Shown here piece after piece: positions 28,120 to 36,676 of a stretch of 64,000 nucleotides of DNA. Both the position numbers and the translations under genes were made by a program. This stretch comes from Acidimicrobiales bacterium. GTDB lineage: Bacteria; Actinomycetota; Acidimicrobiia; Acidimicrobiales; RAAP-2. Within the stretch, counting starts at the first letter, position 1; the number at the start of each line of letters is the position of its first letter. The DNA lies in contig DATAXG010000099.1 of the NCBI GenBank assembly GCA_036273055.1, positions 1,503 through 65,502 on the forward strand, in the 5' to 3' direction. The notes under the pieces are model-generated. The model did not search any database. It saw nothing but the letters and a program-made list of their open reading frames with translations, and was not told the DNA's origin.

Positions 28120-29231
28120 GCCCCGGTCGGCTCGTCCGGCGTGCGGTTGAGCACCAGCGGCAGCGTGGCCATGCCGAGTGCGGGACGCACGACGAACCAG
28201 GGCGCGGGCGGCGGAACGATGATCGCCGTCAACGCGTCCACGATTGGCTCGTAGTTGACGCGCCAGCCCTGGAAATGCCGCCAGGCGTCGTCCGGCGTCC
28301 GTTCGGCCGGGAAGTTGACCGATTCGAGCCGGCGGAAGCCCTCGTCGAATTCGGCGCGTGACAGGCGAACGTTCGCGGTGGGGAGCGGGTCGTCGTCGTA
28401 GGGAATGCGCAGGGCGCGGGCCATGGAACGCAGGCAGTTGATCCCCATCGACAAGCAGAGACGGGCCTGGCGCGGCGTCTGCGCCGGGCTCACCGCGTGG
28501 TACAGCGCGGCGGAGTCCATCATGGCCACCAAGCCGACGAGCCAGCTGCGGGTCGAGACCGGCGAGCGGAACCAGAGCAACCCGGGGTAGTTGGCGTGGC
28601 TCTCGGACACCGCGGCGGCCCAGCGCTCCCAGTCCGAGTAGAGCGGCGGCAGCTCGTCCATGGTGTCCAGCCAGTGATGGCGGGCCAGGATCTCGGGGCC
28701 CCAGGCCGGATTCCCGCTCCGCGCCTCCAGCAGGGTGACCTCGGTCTCGCGGGTGGAGAACTGGGTGTAGAGGGTCGGGAGGTAGGCGATCTCGAGCGCC
28801 ACGACGAGGAGGCCGATGCCGGAGGCAACGACTTCGACCACTCTTGGTCCCGCCTGGCCCGAGGAGACGATGCCCAGCGTGAACACCGACGACCCCGAGA
28901 TGCCCAGGGCCGTGGCGAAGTCGACCCCCGCGGCGTCCCACTCGATCAGCGCCACGCCGAGGACGATGAAGCAGAGCCAGATCATGAAGAGAAAGACCAT
29001 CGCCGCGGGCCCGACGAACGACAGGACACGATCGCGCGCCTCGTAGTCGGGAAGCTTCGGGGCGATCCGGCGCGCCGAGCCGCCGAGGAAGCGCGCCAGC
29101 ATGCGCATGGCGGGAGAGGACGTCACGCGCGGGACGACGAGCGCGGTGAACACGCTCCACGCTGTGACGAGAACGATGGCAATGCCCGCGACCAGCGCGA
29201 CCACACGGGCGACCGACTCCACGAGCGCCAT
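28056..29231 (-). CDS. hypothetical integral membrane protein
   Basis: 391 aa. N-terminal third has about 4 TM helices, then a soluble domain. Good GC3 bias. The 3' end overlaps the convergent ADH gene by 64 nt. Confidence 0.55.
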   Translation of the reverse strand: MALVESVARVVALVAGIAIVLVTAWSVFTALVVPRVTSSPAMRMLARFLGGSARRIAPKLPDYEARDRVLSFVGPAAMVFLFMIWLCFIVLGVALIEWDAAGVDFATALGISGSSVFTLGIVSSGQAGPRVVEVVASGIGLLVVALEIAYLPTLYTQFSTRETEVTLLEARSGNPAWGPEILARHHWLDTMDELPPLYSDWERWAAAVSESHANYPGLLWFRSPVSTRSWLVGLVAMMDSAALYHAVSPAQTPRQARLCLSMGINCLRSMARALRIPYDDDPLPTANVRLSRAEFDEGFRRLESVNFPAERTPDDAWRHFQGWRVNYEPIVDALTAIIVPPPAPWFVVRPALGMATLPLVLNRTPDEPTGAQGFGVSKTFKTPSARESNNS

Positions 29232-29272
29232 CCTGCCAGATGCCCGGTCCCGGTCCCCCAGGGGTCAGCCCG

Positions 29273-31075
29273 TCAGCTCGAGGCGAGCCTCGCCGCCACC
29301 GGCCCGCCCGCCACCAGCGCAGCCGGCACCTCGATCCGCCGCGAGCGCAGCAGCTCGCCGAGACCCTTCGCCTGCGTGTCCGGCCGCAGATTCGACGCCA
29401 CGCCCCAGCCGAGGAGGCCGTGGACGACGAAGTTCACCGCCCGCAGGTTCGGGAGCTGGTAGCGGCTCACGGGGTAGGGCTCGATCTCGGGCAGCAGGAC
29501 CTTGAGCAGCGCCGTGGTGAGCTCATTCTGGAGCCACGTCGCAACAGCATCGTCGTCCGCCCAGACGCCGACGTTGGCGTCCCCGCCCTTGTCGCCCGAG
29601 CGGGCGCCGACGAGCACCCACAGCGGGACTGCGACGGTGTCCCGCTGTGGCGCGCCGGGTCCGGCGGGCGGCGCGTCCTCCGCAGCGGCGACCGGTCGGG
29701 CATCGGCTTCCTGGTCGAACGCGGAGAGGGGCGTGGCCGGAACGGGTCGGCCGTCGCACTCGATGTGCGGCGTCACCGCGGCGGCGTGCACCGTCGTCGG
29801 CCAGTAGCGGGCGACACCCTGCGCGCCGGAGGGCGCCGAGGTGAAGAACGTCCCCGGGTAGCTCGACAGGCTCGTCTCGACGACGGCGCCCGAAAAGGCG
29901 CGGCCCACCGCGCGCTCGTCGTCACCGCGTACGGCCAGGCGCAGGTAGGCCATGCCGGTGCCGCTGAGGTCACCCGAGAGGTCTTCCGCCGTCTCGGCGA
30001 AGGCATCCCGGCCGCCCGGGATTCCGGCCCAGACCGTCTCCGCGGCGAAGCGCGCCTTTTCCACCGGTTGGGCACCGGTCAACACCAGCGTCATGGCGTT
30101 GCGCCAGCCGGCGTCGAGGTTGGCCGTGACCTTCAGCGTGTCGGGAGGCGCCTCACCCCGGACCGGCGCGATTCGCACCCGGTCGGGGCCCTCCTGCACC
30201 AGGTCGATGCTGTCGAACCGCGGCACGGCGTCCGGGCTGAGGTAACGCGGGCCTCCGATTTCGTAGAGCAGTTGGGCCGTCACCGTGCCCACCGTGACCA
30301 TGCCGCCCGTCCCGGGATGCTTGGTGATCACGGACGAGCCGTCGGCGCGGAGCTCCGCCAGCGGGAACCCGATGCGCGCCCGGTCCGGCACCTCCTCGAA
30401 GAAGGCGTAGTTCCCGCCGCAACATTGCGCGCCGCACTCAATCACATGCCCCGCCACGACCGCACCCGCGATGGCGTCGAAGTCGTCGTCGGCCCACCCG
30501 AACGCGTGCAGCGCCGGCCCGACGACCAGGGCGGCGTCGGTCACGCGGCCGGTGACGACCACCTGGGCGCCGGCGGCCAACGCGTCGGCGATGGGCCTGG
30601 CCCGCAGATAGGCGTTGGCCGTCACGACCGGCGCCTGGGCCGGCAAGACCTCGCCCGTGTCGAGGTTGACGAACTTCTCACCCTGCGCCTGCAGTGGCGC
30701 AAGCTCAGAGGTGATGTCGTCCCCCGAGACCGAGGCCACGCGGACCTCGAGCCCCTGGCGGCGTGCCAACTCCCCTACGACCACCGCCAGCGCCTCGGGC
30801 TGGAGCCCTCCGGCGTTGGAGACCACCGTGATGCCCCGTTCGACGCAGGTGGGCAGCACCTCTTCGAGCTAGCGCAGGAACGTGCGCGCGTAGCCACCGC
30901 TGCGCTCCCGGGTCTTGTGGAGGATGTACATCGTCAGCTCGGCCAGCCAGTCGCCGGTGAGCACGTCGAGCGGGCCGCCCTCGACCATCTCCCTGGCGGC
31001 ACCGGCGCGGTCCCCGAAGAAACCGCTGCAATTCCCGATCCGCAGGACGTCCGGTCCGCCGGCGCGTGCGCTCAC
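29273..31075 (-). pseudogene. atuA: AtuA-family (DUF1446, acyclic terpene utilisation) protein gene interrupted by an in-frame TAG
   Basis: GTG 31075 (GTGA overlap with the carboxylase stop) opens VSARAGGPDVLRIGNCSGFFGDRAGAAREMVEGGPLDVLTGDWLAELTMYILHKTRERSGGYARTFLR-TAG(30869..30871)-LEEVLPTCVERGITVVSNAGG..., in frame with track ORF 29273..30859. Homologues as I recall them have Gln here (F..QLE). Confidence 0.7.
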
Positions 31076-33036
31076 GCCGGCTCGACCGTGACCAAGAGGT
31101 CGTGCAGGTCGACTTGCTGGCCCGGAGCGCAATGGACCCCGGCCACCCTCCCGGCACCGTTGGCCCGCAGCGTGTGCTCCATCTTCATCGCCTCGAGCAC
31201 CACCAGGCCCTCGCCCTCGGCGACCTCGTCGCCCTCGGCCACGAGCACCTTGGTCACGGCGCCCGGCAGCGGTGCCCGGCACTCGCCGGCGACGCCGCCG
31301 CGTTCGTCGACGTCGTCGTCGGAACGCAGGGCGAAGCTGGACTGACCCTCGGGACCGTTGACGTCGGCCCGGTGGGCGGACAGCCTCACCGCGTAGCGGC
31401 GCCGCAGGCCGTCGGGCGTCAGCAAATCGACCGTCCCGCCCTGCACGTGCGCCGCGCCCACCTCGCGCCACTCGTCCCCCACGAGAACCTGGGCCGGCTC
31501 TCGAGGGTCAACCGCGCGGGCCTCCACCGTGCCGGTGGCGTCCGTCAAGGCATCGGCGTGCAGGGCGCGGCCGAGGTTGCGCCACCCGGCGACGGGAATC
31601 GGCACGAGGCCGGCTGCCGCCCGCTCGCCGGTCAGACAGAAGGCAGCCGCCGCCGCGTGCCGCTGCCGCACCTCGTCGGGCAACGCGGCGTCGCGCAGGT
31701 CGGGGCGACCGTCCAGATAGTGCACGTCTGCGTCGCCGGCCCGGAACACGGCGTCGTCGAGCACCGCGCCGAGCAGGTCCCGGTTCGTCTCGAGCCCGTC
31801 CAGCTCGAGCATGCGCAGCGACCGTGAGAGCTGCGCCACTGCGGCAGCCCGGCCTTGAGCATGGGCCATCAGCTTCGCCACCAGCGAATCGTAGGCGGGG
31901 CTCACCACAGTGCCGGACTCGATGGCGCGGTCGCTCCGCAGCCCCGGACCCTCCGGCCAGCGCACGAATGTCGCGGTGCCGGGTGTCGGCCGGTAGTCCT
32001 CGCGTGGCCGTTCTGCGCAGAGCCGGACCTCCATGGCATGCCCCGTCGCGGCGACCTCGGACTGGGCCATTGGGAGTGGTTGCCCGTCCGCCACCGCCAG
32101 CTGCAGGCCCACCAGGTCCAGACCGGTGACGAGCTCGGTGACCCCGTGCTCCACCTGCAGGCGCGTATTCATCTCGAGGAAGAAGAAGCCGCCGCCCTCG
32201 ACCAGGTACTCGACGGTCCCGACGCCGATGTAGTCGACCGCACGGGCGATGGCGACTGCCGCATCCCACATCTGTCGGCGGATGGCGACGGGCACCTGGA
32301 CCGCCGGGGCCTCCTCCACCACCTTCTGGTGGCGGCGCTGCACCGAGCACTCCCGGTCCAGCAGGTGCAGGACGCTGCCGTGGGCGTCCCCGATCACCTG
32401 GACCTCGACGTGGCGGGGTGCCTCGAGATAGCGCTCCAGGAAGACCTCGTCCGACCCGAACGCGGCAGCCGCCTCGCGCTGGGCGGCCGCCACGGCGTCG
32501 GCCAGCTCCCCGGGGGCATGCACGAGGCGCATGCCCCGACCACCGCCGCCGGCGGACGCCTTGACGAGCAGGGGGTAGCCGACGGTCGTCGCCGCGGCCT
32601 CGAGCGCCGTGTCGTCCGCGCCCGGCGCTACCACGGCGCTCGGCAGGACCGGCACGCCGGCATCGGCGACCAGTTCCTTGGCCCGGGCCTTGTGCCCCAT
32701 CAGGCGCATTGAGTCGGGTGAGGGGCCGACCCAGACGATGCCCGCGGCCGCACAGGCCTCGGGGAGGACGGGGTTCTCGGACAGGAAGCCGTAGCCGGGA
32801 TGCAGGGCGTCCGCCTCCGCCGTCCCGGCTGCCCCGACCAGCGCGGCGGCGGAGAGGTAGGTCTCGGCGAGCGAACCTCCGGGTAGCAGCACCGCCAGAT
32901 CGGCCTCCCCGACGTGGGGGCTGGCCGCGTCGTCGGCCGCGTAGACGGCGACGGCTTCGCAGCCGGCATCGTGCGCACCGCGGATGAGACGCCGGGCGAT
33001 CTCGCCCCGGTTGGCCACCAGGAGACGTCGGATCAT
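31072..33036 (-). CDS. acyl-CoA carboxylase alpha subunit (biotin carboxylase + BCCP domain)
   Basis: MIRRLLVANRGEIARRLIRGAHDAG..., ATP-grasp body, C-terminal EAMKMEH biotinylation motif. Start ATG 33036 abuts the upstream TGA. Confidence 0.9.
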   Translation of the reverse strand: MIRRLLVANRGEIARRLIRGAHDAGCEAVAVYAADDAASPHVGEADLAVLLPGGSLAETYLSAAALVGAAGTAEADALHPGYGFLSENPVLPEACAAAGIVWVGPSPDSMRLMGHKARAKELVADAGVPVLPSAVVAPGADDTALEAAATTVGYPLLVKASAGGGGRGMRLVHAPGELADAVAAAQREAAAAFGSDEVFLERYLEAPRHVEVQVIGDAHGSVLHLLDRECSVQRRHQKVVEEAPAVQVPVAIRRQMWDAAVAIARAVDYIGVGTVEYLVEGGGFFFLEMNTRLQVEHGVTELVTGLDLVGLQLAVADGQPLPMAQSEVAATGHAMEVRLCAERPREDYRPTPGTATFVRWPEGPGLRSDRAIESGTVVSPAYDSLVAKLMAHAQGRAAAVAQLSRSLRMLELDGLETNRDLLGAVLDDAVFRAGDADVHYLDGRPDLRDAALPDEVRQRHAAAAAFCLTGERAAAGLVPIPVAGWRNLGRALHADALTDATGTVEARAVDPREPAQVLVGDEWREVGAAHVQGGTVDLLTPDGLRRRYAVRLSAHRADVNGPEGQSSFALRSDDDVDERGGVAGECRAPLPGAVTKVLVAEGDEVAEGEGLVVLEAMKMEHTLRANGAGRVAGVHCAPGQQVDLHDLLVTVEPA

Positions 33037-34634
33037 CAGTGCCGCACCACCCCGAACACCGCCGTCCCCTGAACCGGCGCCGAGTGCACTGCGGTCAAGG
33101 CGATGGCCAGCACCGTCCGTGTGTCCTGCGGGTCGATGATGCCGTCGTCCCACAGGCGCCCCGTGGCGTACTGCGCGGTCGACTCCTCCTCAATCTGGCT
33201 CTCGGTGGCCTGGCGCAGCCCCTCGTCGGCGGCCTCGTCGAAGGGGCGCCCGGCTGCGGCGGCGGCATTGCGCCGCACGATGGAGAGCACGCCCGCCAGC
33301 TGCTTGGGGCCCATGACCGCGATGCGGTGGTTCGGCCAGGTGAAGACGAAGCGGGGGTTGTAGGCCCGTCCGGCCATGGCGTAGTTCCCCGCCCCGTAGC
33401 TCGCCCCGACCATGAGGGTCAGGTGGGGCACGGTCGAGTTCGACACGGCGTTGATCAGCTTGGCGCCGTCCTTGATGATCCCGCCCTGCTCGTAGCGCGT
33501 GCCCACCATGAAGCCCGTGATGTTCTGCACGAACAGGATGGGGGTGTCGGTGCGGTTGCAGAGCGCAATGAACTGCGCGCCCTTCTGCGCCTCGGGTGAG
33601 AAGAGGATGCCGTTGTTGGCCACGACGCCGACGGGGTACCCGCCGATGGATGCCCACCCGCAGACGAGCTGAGCGCCGTACAACGCCTTGAACTCCTCGA
33701 AGCGGGATCCGTCGACGACGCGGGCGATGATCTCGCGCACGTCGAAGGGCACCCGCACGTCCACCGAGGCGATCCCGAGCAGCTCCTCGGCCGGGTAGAG
33801 CGGCGCATCCGGCGAGTCGACGGGGGCGGGCCCGAGTCGGGCCCAGTGCAGGTGGGCCACAATGCCGCGGGCCAGCCGGATCGCCTCGGGCTCGTCCCGG
33901 GCCAGGTAGTCGCACAGGCCCGAGGTCTCGGCGTGCATGCGGGCGCCGCCGAGGTCCTCCTCGTCCGCCTCTTCGCCGATCGCCATCTTGACCAGCGGCG
34001 GCCCACCGAGGAACACCCGGGCCCGGTCCTCCACCATGACCGTGTAGTCGCTCATGCCCGGGAGATAGGCGCCGCCGGCGGTCGACGACCCGAAGACGAC
34101 GCAGACCGTGGGGATGCCCTGGGCCGACAGCTGAGTCAGCCGGCGGAACTGCTCGCCCCCCGGGACGAACACGTCGGCCTGGCGGGGCAGGTCCGCCCCT
34201 CCGGACTCGACCAGGAGCACCAGCGGGAGCCGGTTCTCCTCGGCCACGTCCATGGCGCGTAGGAGCTTGCGGATCGTGGTCGGGCTCGTGGTCCCGCCAC
34301 GCACGGTCGGGTCGTTGGCGATGACGAGACACTGCGTGTGCGCCACTTCGGCCAGGGCCACCACGACGCCGCCACCGACCGGGTCGCCGGTGTGCAGGCC
34401 GGCGAGCGGGCACAGCTCGAGGACCGGCGTGCCCGGGTCCACGAGCGCCTCCAGGCGTTCGCGCACCAGCATTTTGCCGCGAGCGAGGTGGCGCGCGACA
34501 TACTGCTCGCCGCCGCCGGCAAGGACGTCCTCGTGGCGCGCCCGCACCTCGTCGACGAGCGCAGCCATGGCAGCGGCGTTGTCGCGGAACTCGTCACCCC
34601 CCACGGCCAGGCGGGACCGGATGGGCACGCTCAT
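33036..34634 (-). CDS. acyl-CoA carboxylase carboxyltransferase (beta) subunit
   Basis: From MSVPIRSRLAVGG (ATG 34634, ATGA overlap). ARGKMLVRERLEALVDPGTPVLEL, GGARMHA and GASYGAGNYAMAG are typical of MccB/AtuC/PccB-type carboxyltransferases. Confidence 0.9.
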   Translation of the reverse strand: MSVPIRSRLAVGGDEFRDNAAAMAALVDEVRARHEDVLAGGGEQYVARHLARGKMLVRERLEALVDPGTPVLELCPLAGLHTGDPVGGGVVVALAEVAHTQCLVIANDPTVRGGTTSPTTIRKLLRAMDVAEENRLPLVLLVESGGADLPRQADVFVPGGEQFRRLTQLSAQGIPTVCVVFGSSTAGGAYLPGMSDYTVMVEDRARVFLGGPPLVKMAIGEEADEEDLGGARMHAETSGLCDYLARDEPEAIRLARGIVAHLHWARLGPAPVDSPDAPLYPAEELLGIASVDVRVPFDVREIIARVVDGSRFEEFKALYGAQLVCGWASIGGYPVGVVANNGILFSPEAQKGAQFIALCNRTDTPILFVQNITGFMVGTRYEQGGIIKDGAKLINAVSNSTVPHLTLMVGASYGAGNYAMAGRAYNPRFVFTWPNHRIAVMGPKQLAGVLSIVRRNAAAAAGRPFDEAADEGLRQATESQIEEESTAQYATGRLWDDGIIDPQDTRTVLAIALTAVHSAPVQGTAVFGVVRH

Positions 34635-35392
34635 GCGTTCGTGTCCCACGAGGGCCGGCGCTTCTGCAGGAACGCGTCCATCCCCTCGGCCGCCTCGGCG
34701 CCAACGAAGAGCTCGGCCGACGTGATGGCGGCTGCTGCCAGCCCATCGGCCCACGACTGCGCGGACAGCGATCGCAACAGCTGCTTGGTGGCCCGCACCG
34801 CGCCCGGGGCGGACCGGCGCAGTGCCGCCGTCTGCGCCGCCACCCAGGCGTCCAACGCCACCTCGTCGGGCGTCACCGCGGTGAGCAGTCCCGCCGCCGC
34901 AGCCTCGGACGCGGTGAAGCGCTCGCCCGTGAGGGTGGCGCGGGCGAGGAAGCGCCGGTCGACCACGCGCAAGGCCGGCACCAAGATCATGGCCGGCGCC
35001 ACGCCGACCCGGACCTCGGTGAAGGCGAAGGTGGCTGCCTCGGCTGCCACTGACATGTCAGCGGCCGCGACGAGCCCGAGGCCGCCGGCACGCGCGTGGC
35101 CGTTGACGCGGACGATGACCGGCACCGCGCTCTCGACGATGGCCGTGAGGATGGCCGGCATGCGGATGGGTGCCGCCGAACCGCGCTCGGACAGATCGGC
35201 GCCCGAGCAGAACACCGTCCCCGTCCCCGTGAGCACGACGGCCCGCACGTCGGGGTCACTGGTTGCGTCACGCAACGCATACTCCAGCTGGGCCAAGAGG
35301 CGCTCCGAGAGCGCGTTGCGGTTGGCGGGCGAATCCAGCGTCAGCGTCCGGATCCCGTCGTCATGCTGTACGTCGACCAACACGTCCGTCAC
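34631..35392 (-). CDS. enoyl-CoA hydratase/isomerase family protein
   Basis: Start taken at GTG 35392 (VTDVLVDVQHDDGIRTLTLDSPANRNAL). VVLTGTGTVFCSGADL and NGHARAGGLGL oxyanion-hole motifs. Confidence 0.8.
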   Translation of the reverse strand: MTDVLVDVQHDDGIRTLTLDSPANRNALSERLLAQLEYALRDATSDPDVRAVVLTGTGTVFCSGADLSERGSAAPIRMPAILTAIVESAVPVIVRVNGHARAGGLGLVAAADMSVAAEAATFAFTEVRVGVAPAMILVPALRVVDRRFLARATLTGERFTASEAAAAGLLTAVTPDEVALDAWVAAQTAALRRSAPGAVRATKQLLRSLSAQSWADGLAAAAITSAELFVGAEAAEGMDAFLQKRRPSWDTNA

Positions 35393-35455
35393 GAATGCGC
35401 AGTGTAGGGGGGTGCACACAGATGAATTGAAAAGGGCCGGTGGTATCGTTCGCCG

Positions 35456-36604
35456 GTGATCGAGAGCGACGAGCACCAGCTCTTCCGCAAGACGCTCCGG
35501 GACCTCTTCGAGCGGGAGATCGAGCCCCACGTGGACGAGTGGGAGGCCGCCCGCACGTTCCCGGCTCACGACCTCTTCCCCAAGTTGGCCTCCGTGGGCC
35601 TACTCGGGCTCGAGTACGACGAGGCCCATGGCGGCATGGGCGCGGACCACACGTATACCCTCGTCGCCGGCGAGGAGATGGGACGGATCAGCTGCGGGGG
35701 CGTCCCAATGGCGATGGCCGTGCAGATGTCGATGGCGACACCCGCGCTGGCCCGTTACGGGTCGGCCGAGCTCAAGGAGCGGTATCTCGCGCCGGCGATC
35801 CGCGGTGAGGTCGTGACCTCCATTGCGGTGACCGAGCCCGACGCCGGGAGCGATGTGGCCGGTATCCGGACCCGGGCCGTGCGCGACGGGGACGAGTGGG
35901 TCATCAACGGCGCCAAGCTCTACATCACGAACGGCACGCAGGCCGACTGGCTCTGCCTGCTGGCCCGGACGTCCGACGACCCCGGCGCCCGCGGCATGTC
36001 GCTCATCGTGGTGCCGACCGATGTCCCCGGTGTGGCCGTCTCCCGCAAGCTCGAAAAGCTCGGCATGTGGTCGAGTGATACCGCCGAGCTGTCTTTCACT
36101 GACGTGCGCGTGCCCGTGGCGAACACCATCGGCGAGATCGGCCGGGGCTTCCAACAGCAGATGGTGCAGTTCCAGGCCGAGCGGCTCATGACCTTCTACA
36201 AGCAGGTGGGATCAATCGCCCTCGCCCTCGAGCGCACGAAGGACTATCTGCGCCAACGCCGGGCCTTCGGCGCGCCGCTCCTGGCCAACCAACACCTGCA
36301 GTTCGTGCTGGCCGAACTGTCGGCTCGGCACGACGTGTTGAAGGAATACGCCCGGACCACCGCCGACGCTGTCGTGCGCGGCGAGGATGCCACCCGGTTT
36401 GCCACCATCGGCAAGCTGCTCGGCTCGCGGTTGCAACGCGAAGTAGCCGACGCCGCCGTCCAGTTCCACGGCGGTATCGGCTACATGGACGAGCACTGGA
36501 CTTCGCGCTACTTCCGCGACACCCGTCTCGATTCCATCGGCGCCGGCGCCGACGAGGTCATGTTGCGCATCCTGGCTCGGATGGACGGCTACTCGACGGA
36601 GTGA
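35456..36604 (+). CDS. acyl-CoA dehydrogenase
   Basis: 382 aa. TSIAVTEPDAGSDVAGIRT, KLYITNG and FHGGIGYMDE motifs. Divergent from the hydratase across a 63-bp spacer. Confidence 0.9.
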   Translation: MIESDEHQLFRKTLRDLFEREIEPHVDEWEAARTFPAHDLFPKLASVGLLGLEYDEAHGGMGADHTYTLVAGEEMGRISCGGVPMAMAVQMSMATPALARYGSAELKERYLAPAIRGEVVTSIAVTEPDAGSDVAGIRTRAVRDGDEWVINGAKLYITNGTQADWLCLLARTSDDPGARGMSLIVVPTDVPGVAVSRKLEKLGMWSSDTAELSFTDVRVPVANTIGEIGRGFQQQMVQFQAERLMTFYKQVGSIALALERTKDYLRQRRAFGAPLLANQHLQFVLAELSARHDVLKEYARTTADAVVRGEDATRFATIGKLLGSRLQREVADAAVQFHGGIGYMDEHWTSRYFRDTRLDSIGAGADEVMLRILARMDGYSTE

Positions 36605-36609
36605 GCACC

Positions 36610-36652
36610 GGTGCGATGAGGACCGAGTGGAGGCTGCAGCCCTCACCGCACC
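36610..36652. terminator. hairpin between convergent genes (possible bidirectional terminator)
   Basis: GGTGCGATGAGG ... CCTCACCGCACC: 12-bp stem with one mismatch and a 19-nt loop, in the 72-bp gap between the acyl-CoA dehydrogenase and the giant gene. No U-tract. Confidence 0.3.
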
Positions 36653-36676
36653 GTGACGTCGACTCCCGCTGCGGGA

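Noticed and set aside
15579-30871. Possibility that TAG is a reassigned sense codon (for example pyrrolysine or a suppressor), given two in-frame TAGs
   Set aside because: TAG is the natural terminator of well-delimited genes in this same window: GH16 at 16834..16836, clpS at 26679..26681 and the FN3-like gene at 62902..62904. The two in-frame TAGs replace different amino acids (Trp and Gln). No pyl genes or suppressor tRNA are visible. Nonsense mutation or consensus error is simpler.
29240-31345. 701-aa plus-strand ORF
   Set aside because: It lies antisense to atuA and the carboxylase 3' end. No motifs.
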